Notes under the pieces: model-generated
Told to the model about the DNA's origin: nothing
Databases searched by the model: none
Seen by the model: only the letters and a program-made list of their open reading frames with translations
DNA from: a bacterium
GTDB lineage: Bacteria > Patescibacteriota > Minisyncoccia > Minisyncoccales > JAGMAB01
NCBI GenBank assembly: GCA_030643665.1
Contig: DAOWKS010000004.1
Span: forward strand, 1 to 14,805
Direction: 5' to 3'
Length of the DNA stretch: 14,805 nucleotides
In this document: positions 1 through 6,235 of the stretch, in pieces
Numbering within the stretch: the stretch's first letter is position 1
How the letters are laid out: the number at the start of each line of letters is the position of its first letter
Position numbers and translations under genes: made by a program

Positions 1-437
1 AATTGAGGCGAAGTATTATCTCTAAAATAAGGATGAGTAGGAGAAACCAAAGTTGGCAAAATAAGAATTTTTGTATCTTGATTTATCTCTATTCCTCCTA
101 ATAATTCAATGTTTTTCTCAATTGCTTCCAAAATATCGTATTTTATCCGCCAGACAGCTACTGCGTTTTTATCTGAGCTTTTTTCAATATCAAAATCTTC
201 TCCGATTTTGTACTCCTTAATGCTTTTATGCGCCCATTTGTTTCCTTTTTCATCTTCTAACAACAAAATAAAATAAGGCGTTTTTGGATGAAGCAGGGTA
301 GGAATAATTGTTTTACAAACCCCGATTACTTTGGCTTTTTGGCTGCTCCTAACCCGTTCCAATTCCAAAAAACAATCCGGACATTTTTCAATCGGATACT
401 GCCAAACTTTTTTACATTTTGGGCATTTGTAAAACAT
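1..437 (-). CDS. Partial CDS (3' end runs off the left edge): DUF35-like zinc-ribbon/OB-fold module continuing into a DUF362-like segment
   Basis: Not in the supplied ORF track because it is open at the window edge. My translation from the ATG at 437-435 begins MFYKCPKCKKVWQYPIEKCPDCFLELERV (a C-x2-C-x10-C-x2-C ribbon). It continues KVIGVCKTIIPTLLHPKTPYFILLLEDEKGNKW (OB-like), then AVAVWRIKYDILEAIEKNIELLGGIEINQDTKILILPTLVSPTHPYFRDNTSPQ, which resembles the N-terminus of DUF362 proteins (..ELLGG..kvlIKPNlv..). No stop occurs down to position 3. The coding call is solid; the domain calls are by eye. Confidence 0.6.
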   Translation of the reverse strand, partial: MFYKCPKCKKVWQYPIEKCPDCFLELERVRSSQKAKVIGVCKTIIPTLLHPKTPYFILLLEDEKGNKWAHKSIKEYKIGEDFDIEKSSDKNAVAVWRIKYDILEAIEKNIELLGGIEINQDTKILILPTLVSPTHPYFRDNTSPQ

Positions 438-486
438 AAAAAATCGCTACTCATAGAATAGCAAATTATGATTTGAAAAACAACAC

Positions 487-515
487 TTGACAAATTTGAT
501 AAGATATGCTTTACT
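487..515 (+). promoter_or_regulatory. Candidate sigma70-type promoter for the 599..1003 ORF
   Basis: TTGACA (487-492), a 17-nt spacer, then TTTACT (510-515). TG at 507-508 sits in the extended -10 position. A purine-rich GAGAGGTGA (580-588) lies upstream of the ATG at 599. Confidence 0.35.
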
Positions 516-598
516 TTTAAGTAGAAGATGAAAGAAGTATTTCTTATTTTATCTTCTCCCAATTATTTGGGTAAAAAAAGAGAGGTGAAGAAAAAAAA

Positions 599-1003
599 AT
601 GAGTGAGGGAATAAAAAAATTGGTTGGAGAGATTGGAAGAGTAGCAAAGGAAGAAAAGCAAAAGGAAGAAAAAGAATGGAAAGAAAAGGAAGATATCATA
701 AATGGTATCTACCTGGCAATTAAAGAAGTTAGAGACGATCGAGTGATAGAGATTAAAGTAGAAAATGAGAAAAGCAGATTGAGAATAACAAAAAATTCTT
801 TATCTGTCGGCAGTGGTGATAATTTTTCGCCATTGGTATCCACCGATTTAGAAGGAGATGAAACGGACATAGAAGTAGCAGTGAAAAACCAAATAAGGCT
901 GAATATAGTGGAAAAAAAGGGAAGTGTTGTGAGAAAACTATGGCTAAAAGCCATAGAAGAGATAGAAAAAGGAGCCGGGAAAGTACAAATAAGAGCGGTA
1001 TAA
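599..1003 (+). CDS. Hypothetical Lys/Glu-rich 134-aa protein (no family recognised)
   Basis: ORF with an RBS-like GAGAGGTGA upstream and a hairpin terminator downstream. The opposite-strand ORF 709..1047 has shadow-ORF composition (S/F/T/L-rich). It is the only plus-strand gene in a long minus-strand run. Confidence 0.55.
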   Translation: MSEGIKKLVGEIGRVAKEEKQKEEKEWKEKEDIINGIYLAIKEVRDDRVIEIKVENEKSRLRITKNSLSVGSGDNFSPLVSTDLEGDETDIEVAVKNQIRLNIVEKKGSVVRKLWLKAIEEIEKGAGKVQIRAV

Positions 1004-1027
1004 TTTTCTTTCTTTTCTTTAAAATAA

Positions 1028-1078
1028 GGGACGAAAGTTGAATTCATATTGAATACAACTCTCTCGTCCTGTTTTTTA
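1028..1078 (+). terminator. Long imperfect hairpin plus T-run; probable bidirectional terminator between convergent genes
   Basis: GGACGA (1029-1034) pairs with TCGTCC (1064-1069). An inner arm GTTGAATTCA / TGAATACAAC has one mismatch. The stem is followed by TGTTTTTT (T-run 1072-1077). The reverse strand ends in TTATTTT after the same stem. It sits between the stop of 599..1003 (+) and the stop of the thiolase gene at 1128 (-). Confidence 0.5.
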
Positions 1079-1127
1079 TTCTAAAATGAAATTTATGACA
1101 AAATCGTGCGATCGTCCAATTTTGTCA

Positions 1128-2249
1128 TTAGGATTTTTTAAGTATATGAACTATTACGCTGCCGCCGGCGCCGCCAATATTATGGCACAAGCCAATTTTG
1201 GGATTATTTTTTACCTGTCTTTCTTTACATTTCCCTCGCAGTTGATTGGTAATTTCATAAATCTGCGCGAGTCCGGTTGCTGAAATCGGATGTCCTTTAG
1301 CTTTTAAACCGCCTGAAACATTAACCGGCAATTTTCCATTCAAATTAACCATACCTGTTCTTATTAAATCCTTGCCTTTCCCAATTTCGGCAAAGCCCAA
1401 ATCCTCATAAGAAAAAAGTTCTACTGAAGTAAAAGCGTCGTGGACTTCCGCCACATCAATTTGTTCCGGTTTAATTCCTGCCTGTTTATACGCTTGCTGA
1501 GCCGCGAGACGGGTTGCCTTAAAATGAGTAAGAATCTGCCTGCCAAAAGTTAAAAGATAATCTGTGGCAAAGCCGGAGCCAATAATTTCAATGTCAGTTT
1601 TTTCTTGGGATAAAATTGCGGCGGCTCCTCCGTTCACTGAAAGAGAACAATCAAACAAACGAAAAGGCGAAGCAATTATCGCTGAGTTTTTTATTTTTTC
1701 CAGAGAAACCGGCCTTTTATAATAATACGCTTTTGGATTTAAAACAGCGTTTTCATGGTTTTTGAAAGCAATTAAAGCCAAATCATCTTCTGTCGCGCCA
1801 TATTTTCTCATATATTGCTGGGCAACCAAAGCATTTTGCACCGGAAAAATCATTCCCTCTGTTTGTTCAATATCTCTCTCCGCGGCTGATAAAATCCAAT
1901 CAACGGTCACCTCGCTGCGATTATCAACTAATTTTTCGCCGGCCACAACCAAAACATTTTTAAGATTTAAATGATTAGCAGTCCATAAGGCAAGTCCGCC
2001 GCCGCTGCAAACCGAAGGCGTCTCAATAATCGGCACATTTGTTTTGAATAAATCAGACACAAGAGAGATTTTATGGGTCTGGTGTTCGCCGCCGGCCGCG
2101 CTGGAAACAGTGCTCAAAACAATTGCGTCAATGTCAGAAATTTTCATTTTCGCGTCTTCCAACGCCTCTATTGCCGCGTCAAAAGCAAACCGCCACCAGG
2201 GTTTCTGAGAATAATTAAATTTTGTCATTCCAACGCCTTTAATATACAT
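1128..2249 (-). CDS. Thiolase-fold protein, archaeal-type acetyl-CoA acetyltransferase-like (373 aa)
   Basis: N-terminus MYIKGVGMTKF matches the thiolase I-x-G-x-G-x-T-x-F start. Candidate nucleophile Cys in PSVCSGGGLAL. GGLKAKGHPISATGLAQ carries the GHP-x-GATG-type His motif. C-terminal CHNIGGAGGSVIVHIL matches the HN-x-GG-type motif. The size (~370-390 aa) is typical of archaeal/SCP-x-type thiolases. Confidence 0.85.
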   Translation of the reverse strand: MYIKGVGMTKFNYSQKPWWRFAFDAAIEALEDAKMKISDIDAIVLSTVSSAAGGEHQTHKISLVSDLFKTNVPIIETPSVCSGGGLALWTANHLNLKNVLVVAGEKLVDNRSEVTVDWILSAAERDIEQTEGMIFPVQNALVAQQYMRKYGATEDDLALIAFKNHENAVLNPKAYYYKRPVSLEKIKNSAIIASPFRLFDCSLSVNGGAAAILSQEKTDIEIIGSGFATDYLLTFGRQILTHFKATRLAAQQAYKQAGIKPEQIDVAEVHDAFTSVELFSYEDLGFAEIGKGKDLIRTGMVNLNGKLPVNVSGGLKAKGHPISATGLAQIYEITNQLRGKCKERQVKNNPKIGLCHNIGGAGGSVIVHILKKS

Positions 2250-2259
2250 AAAATGAATA

Positions 2260-2287
2260 GCGAAAAGCTAAAAGCGAAAAACGAAAA
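2260..2287. repeat. Four tandem heptamers GCGAAAA/GCTAAAA/GCGAAAA/ACGAAAA, directly upstream of the thiolase ATG (as GCTTTTC-type repeats on the minus strand)
   Basis: Read directly: 2260-2266, 2267-2273, 2274-2280, 2281-2287. The block ends 10 nt from the thiolase start codon (2249). No purine-rich SD lies between the repeat and the ATG on the minus strand. Confidence 0.6.
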
Positions 2288-2327
2288 GCAACAACTTAAA
2301 GTTTAAAATATATTTTATTGTTTTGAA

Positions 2328-2370
2328 TTTTACACTGTTACTTTACACTTTTCTTTTTACACTTTACGCT
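2328..2370. repeat. Four phased copies of TTTAC(A/G)CT (AGYGTAAA on the minus strand), spaced 14, 14 and 7 nt
   Basis: TTTACACT at 2328-2335, 2342-2349 and 2356-2363; TTTACGCT at 2363-2370. They lie in the 126-nt gap between the uppS stop (2376) and the thiolase start (2249). Confidence 0.6.
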
Positions 2371-2375
2371 TTTAT

Positions 2376-3086
2376 TCACTTACCTAATCTTCTTTGTCTT
2401 TTAAGAAAATTCTGGACTGCTTTTTCAAACTCTTCCGGAGAAAAATTCGGGAATAAGGTCTTGGTAAAATAATACTGCGAATTTGCCGTATGCCACATCA
2501 TAAATCCGGCTGAATTATGAGGGTCGCCCTGGCAGCCGGTTCTAATCACCAAATCAACCGGCGGCAGGTCTTTTGTCCATAAAAATCTTTTAATCAGTTC
2601 TCCGGTAATTCTGATTGCTTTTCTTTTGAGCCAGGCAGTAAGTCCTTTTGTCGCTTCCACCATTTCATCTGTGCCGTTATACGCCAAAAGAATGGTTAAA
2701 GAAAATATGTCGTATTTTTCCGTCTTTCTCATTAATTTCTCAATAATTCCTAAAGTTTTGGTTGGAAAAATTCCTTTGAAACGGCCTAAAATTCTAACCC
2801 GGACTTTATTTCTCTGAATTTTGGCGTCTTCAAGCAATCTTTGAAACTCTTTAGTCAGAAATTGAATCAGAAAATTTACCTCTTTTTTAGACCTATTAGT
2901 AAGATTATCATAAGAAGCGGCCCAAAATGTTAAATGAGGGATTTTCATTTCAATGGATTTATCCAAAAGTTTTTCTAATGTTTTTATGCCAACTCTGTGT
3001 CCTTGTTCAGGAGCAATCCCTTTTTCCTTTGCCCACCTCCGATTTCCATCAGGAATTATTGCCACATGATTAATTTGATTTTTCAT
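2376..3086 (-). CDS. uppS: Cis-prenyltransferase, undecaprenyl-diphosphate synthase family (236 aa)
   Basis: HVAIIPDGNRRWAKEKG matches the hallmark (I/M)DGNRRWA motif. Also present: WAASYDNLTNR (cf. FSSENWNR), VRVRILG, LLAYNG, PPVDLVIRTG and a C-terminal QRRLG. The block after RTG is divergent (RTGCQGDPHNSAGFMMWH versus the usual RTGGE-x-R-x-SNFLLWQ). Confidence 0.85.
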   Translation of the reverse strand: MKNQINHVAIIPDGNRRWAKEKGIAPEQGHRVGIKTLEKLLDKSIEMKIPHLTFWAASYDNLTNRSKKEVNFLIQFLTKEFQRLLEDAKIQRNKVRVRILGRFKGIFPTKTLGIIEKLMRKTEKYDIFSLTILLAYNGTDEMVEATKGLTAWLKRKAIRITGELIKRFLWTKDLPPVDLVIRTGCQGDPHNSAGFMMWHTANSQYYFTKTLFPNFSPEEFEKAVQNFLKRQRRLGK

Positions 3087-3135
3087 AATTTTGAATGTAA
3101 TGAAAAATTAGAAGACAAAATTTTAATTCTTGGGT

Positions 3136-4932
3136 TCATATTTCCTGCCAGGCAGCAAGCAACGTGCCGGGACCGGCCTGGGCGCAAATTACTGCTGGCG
3201 CTAAACTAATAAAAGATACCTCGGCTTTTAATTTTTGTTTTAACATTTTTTTTAATTTTTCCGCGTCGTTAATATTATCGGCATGATTAATTACTACTCT
3301 GATTGTTTTGCCTTGTTTTCTGGCTTTCTGGCTTTCTTTTGATATTTTCTTAAACAACGCTTCAGCCATATCTTTTGCCCAGACAATTCCTGCTTTGGCA
3401 ATAAGACCGTTTTTTATTGCCATCAAAGGATGAAAGCGTAATTTTTTCATTCTTCCAATCCATTTTGCCTGGGATTTAGTCACTCTGCCGCCGGCCTCAA
3501 TCCATTTCGGGTCGTCAAAAATAATATATAAATGTGTCTTGGGAATTAGATTTTTAAGTTCTTTTATAACCTCGCTAATTTCTCTTTGCTCCTGAATTAA
3601 TTCTATTGCCCGCAGAACTAAAAGCGCCTGTCCGGCTGCTGCGGTTAAAGAATCAAAAACAAAAATCCGCTGCGGCTCTTTTACCATTGTTTCGGCCTGC
3701 TTGGCTGAATTATAGCAGCCGGAAAGCTTGGAAGTTATAGTAATACAAAGAATTTTATCAAACTTATTAAGCTGTTTTTCATAAGCGTCTAAATAAGATT
3801 TTGGCGCTGCCTGAGAGGTCTTAGGAAAGGCCTTAATTCCTTGCTTGTCTGCTTCTCGCATTTTTTGATAAATATTCTCGCCCGGTAAATTTTCGCCGGC
3901 TGACCAATCATATTTGGCAAAAGCCAGTTCAATTTGATATTTTTCAATAATCTTTGGCAAAAGCGCGGTAACATCTTCAGTAACAATGCCAATGGAAACT
4001 TTTCTCACTGATTCCTCTCCAGCCACTTCTTTAGCCATATCTTCTTCTCTTAAATTTAGAATTTTTCCGGCTGTGTTAATAACTTTTTTCACTTCGTCCG
4101 GATAATCAGTATGAATATGGATTTTCATTTTATTTCCGTGCCTGACTAAAACCAAAGAATTACCCAGACGATTTAATTTTTCTTTTATTTCTTCATCGCT
4201 TAATTTAGGTTCTTCAATTAAAGCCACTACTTCGTAGCGATTCACAAGAATCTGGACAAATCTTTTAATTTGTTCCGATGGTTTAACTGCCTCGCCCGCC
4301 ATAGCTTTAGCAACAATGGGTTTTTCTTCTTCTAACACATCTAAATAGCTCTCCAAAATCATTAAAAATCCCAAGCCGCCGGCATCAACCACATTAGCTT
4401 TTCTAAAAATTTCCATTTTTTCCCGGGTAGCTAAAAGAGCTTGTTGCGCTTTCTCAATTGCTTTTCTGAAAAGAATAATAATATCTGTTTCTTTGGCTGA
4501 TTCTTTTTTAATGGTTTCTGCGGCTGCTTCAATAACATCTAAAATTGTTCCCTCTACTGGGTTTTGAATTGACTGTCTGGCTTTTTCTTCGCCTTTTTCA
4601 AAAGCCAGGGCTAATTTTTTGGCATCTGTTGAATTTTTATCAAGACAGGGTAAAAATCCAGATAAAAAACCGGTATAAATTACGCCGGCATTGCCTTGAG
4701 CAAAAGCTAATGCTCCGTTCAAAGCAGCTTGGGAAAATTCCTCTAAGTCATTAAAATCCCTGTTTTCAATTGCTTGTTTTATTCCTTTTAAAGTAGCCGC
4801 TAAATTGTTTCCTGTATCCTGGTCAGGAACCGGGAAAACATTTATTTTGTTAATTTGCTCTTTTTCTCTCTCTATTTTTTCATAAGAAGAAAAAATCATT
4901 TTTTTAAACTCCTTTTGAGTTAAATGTTCCAT
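3136..4932 (-). CDS. Single-chain fusion: DAK2/DhaL-like (FakA/YloV-type N-terminal and central domains) plus a DegV/FakB-like fatty-acid-binding domain (598 aa)
   Basis: N-terminal part: INVFPVPDQDTGNNLAATLKG (cf. PDGDTGTN of YloV/FakA). Middle part: LGNSLVLVRHGNKMKIHIHTDYPDEVKKVINTAGKILNLREEDM (the YloV/FakA central block). From about aa 312 to the end it is DegV-like: VSIGIVTEDV, FPKTSQAAPKSY, ITITSKLSGCYNSAKQA, IFVFDSLTAAAGQALLV, IEAGGRVTK, VVINHADN, AGPGTLLAAW. Confidence 0.8.
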   Translation of the reverse strand: MEHLTQKEFKKMIFSSYEKIEREKEQINKINVFPVPDQDTGNNLAATLKGIKQAIENRDFNDLEEFSQAALNGALAFAQGNAGVIYTGFLSGFLPCLDKNSTDAKKLALAFEKGEEKARQSIQNPVEGTILDVIEAAAETIKKESAKETDIIILFRKAIEKAQQALLATREKMEIFRKANVVDAGGLGFLMILESYLDVLEEEKPIVAKAMAGEAVKPSEQIKRFVQILVNRYEVVALIEEPKLSDEEIKEKLNRLGNSLVLVRHGNKMKIHIHTDYPDEVKKVINTAGKILNLREEDMAKEVAGEESVRKVSIGIVTEDVTALLPKIIEKYQIELAFAKYDWSAGENLPGENIYQKMREADKQGIKAFPKTSQAAPKSYLDAYEKQLNKFDKILCITITSKLSGCYNSAKQAETMVKEPQRIFVFDSLTAAAGQALLVLRAIELIQEQREISEVIKELKNLIPKTHLYIIFDDPKWIEAGGRVTKSQAKWIGRMKKLRFHPLMAIKNGLIAKAGIVWAKDMAEALFKKISKESQKARKQGKTIRVVINHADNINDAEKLKKMLKQKLKAEVSFISLAPAVICAQAGPGTLLAAWQEI

Positions 4933-4958
4933 TGGTTTTATTTCAAAACTACTTCAAG

Positions 4959-4986
4959 ATTATATGATTATTCCTTAGCGAAGCAA
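4959..4986 (-). promoter_or_regulatory. Candidate promoter for the DAK2-DegV fusion gene
   Basis: Read on the minus strand: TTGCTT (4986-4981), a 16-nt spacer, then TATAAT (4964-4959). This is about 27 nt upstream of the ATG at 4932. The -35 element overlaps the recurring GCTTCGCT core. Confidence 0.35.
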
Positions 4987-5015
4987 GGTTCTGCCGAGCG
5001 AAGAGAGGCAGGTCC

Positions 5016-5693
5016 TTATTTGAATTTTTCTTCTAACTCTTTCAAAATTTTAGACGCTAAATCTTTTCCTCCCAAACCAAAAGCAATTCCTACTGCCAAA
5101 GCAATCATAGTAGTTACACCGATAAAAATAACCAAAATTAAAGTCGGGACAATATTTAACTGGTAAAGAATAGCCAAAATTACCAAAATCCAAATTGCCC
5201 AAGAAATTCCTTTTCCTAAAAAACGGGAATAAATGATTTTTTCTTTTTCCAAAGTGCCGATGACAATTTTTTGGGAAAAATTAACCAAGAAAACAGCCAC
5301 AATAAAAATCAAAACAGCAATAAAAATATTGTAAAAATAACCAATCACTTTTTCTAAAAAATGGCTTACTTGAAAAAGCCCGACAATTTCCGTGCAAGCC
5401 ATTAAAAACAAGATAACAACAAACCACCTGACTAATTCCCCGAAAATTCTTGATATTGGAATGTGAATATCTATTTTAGTCAGCGCTTCCTGCCAGCCCA
5501 TGCGCTTGAACAAATGATTTAGGCGAATCTTGTCCAGAAAAACATCTACTACTTTTCCAGCAACCTTAGCTGCAAACCAACCAATAAGAAAAACCAAAAT
5601 AGCCCACAAAATCTGAGGCAAAAACCCAATAAAACTTTGTAAAAACGTTGTAAAAATCTCTGACATAATATAATAATAATTATATTCTACCAT
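5016..5693 (-). CDS. Multi-pass membrane protein with conserved TM-helix repeats (MscS-N-terminal-like / TM_helix family); start ambiguous
   Basis: Repeated hydrophobic helix followed by a basic segment, e.g. ILWAILVFLIGWFAAKVAGKVVDVFLDK. Similar units occur later and the C-terminus is GLGGKDLASKILKELEEKFK. The ATG at 5693 overlaps the upstream gene by 7 nt. An alternative start MSEIF at 5666 is equally plausible. Confidence 0.55.
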   Translation of the reverse strand: MVEYNYYYIMSEIFTTFLQSFIGFLPQILWAILVFLIGWFAAKVAGKVVDVFLDKIRLNHLFKRMGWQEALTKIDIHIPISRIFGELVRWFVVILFLMACTEIVGLFQVSHFLEKVIGYFYNIFIAVLIFIVAVFLVNFSQKIVIGTLEKEKIIYSRFLGKGISWAIWILVILAILYQLNIVPTLILVIFIGVTTMIALAVGIAFGLGGKDLASKILKELEEKFK

Positions 5694-6235
5694 TTAGCTT
5701 TATGCAAGCCAAGTAAGAAGCCGATTCTATTAAAAATTATGTGTAAAAAAAAGGTTAAAATAAAAATAGTAACCCAAATAAATATATCAATTTTCAAAAA
5801 GCACGTCAAGAACAGCGCGGCGCCAAGCACATAATTTGTCTGGTCAAAAGGCAAGAATTTAGCGCCCGGCTTTAATTGCAAGCGGCGTTTAATAAAAGCA
5901 AAAAATAAATCGCCGAAAACAGCGCCGCCGGAAATCAAAAAACCAAAAAGAAAAATGTTGATTTGCTGATAATTAAGAAAAGAAATTTTTTGTATAAAAG
6001 AAAATTGAAAAAGTTCTGCCTGAAGCATAACTGTTAAAATTCCCATCAGCATTGCGAAAATTACTCCGCGCCAGGTTTTGTGGCTTCCTAAAATCGGCTT
6101 AGAGAGAAATTTTTTATTAAAATCAACCGGCTTGCCTAAAAAATCAAAAATCTTAATCCTGGCGATTAAAGGCGGAGTCATATTAGTAAAATACGCAGGG
6201 AGAAAAAAGTATAAGCAAGATAAAATGAATAACAT
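5687..6235 (-). CDS. CDP-archaeol synthase family (CarS / former DUF46-like) CTP-transferase membrane protein (182 aa)
   Basis: FFLPAYFTNMTPPL, then PVDFNKKFLSKPILGSHKTWRGV (cf. CarS D-x-G..GdGKTwrG). FGDLFFAFIKRRLQLKPGAKFLPFDQTNYVLGA matches GD-x-x-SF-x-KRR.....P..DQ. Several TM segments. The size is typical of CarS (~170-190 aa). Confidence 0.65.
   Translation of the reverse strand: MLFILSCLYFFLPAYFTNMTPPLIARIKIFDFLGKPVDFNKKFLSKPILGSHKTWRGVIFAMLMGILTVMLQAELFQFSFIQKISFLNYQQINIFLFGFLISGGAVFGDLFFAFIKRRLQLKPGAKFLPFDQTNYVLGAALFLTCFLKIDIFIWVTIFILTFFLHIIFNRIGFLLGLHKAKW

Noticed and set aside
326-562. 78-aa minus-strand ORF from the supplied track
   Set aside because: It overlaps the 5' end of the better-supported edge-truncated gene (ATG at 437) in another frame and runs through the promoter-like region. 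Its sequence is low-complexity with no recognisable motif. It is most likely spurious.
709-1047. 112-aa minus-strand ORF antisense to 599..1003
   Set aside because: The S/F/T/L-rich composition is typical of the shadow of a K/E-rich gene. It has no RBS and it reads through the terminator hairpin.
1086-2306. Plus-strand ORFs 1086..1283, 1762..1974 and 2073..2306 inside or antisense to the thiolase gene
   Set aside because: They are fully or largely overlapped by a strongly motif-supported minus-strand CDS. They have no family resemblance and odd composition.
2260-2370. Possibility that the short periodic repeats are a CRISPR array or minisatellite
   Set aside because: The units are 7-8 nt with 7-14-nt spacing, far below CRISPR repeat/spacer dimensions. 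No cas genes are present. They are reported instead as a candidate regulatory array.
4987-5015. Hairpin GGTTCTGCC...GGCAGGTCC abutting the stop of the TM-helix-repeat gene as a terminator
   Set aside because: On the transcribed (minus) strand only a 5-bp CUGCC/GGCAG core pairs cleanly, with an 11-nt loop and no U-run. It is kept only as context for the adjacent promoter candidate.
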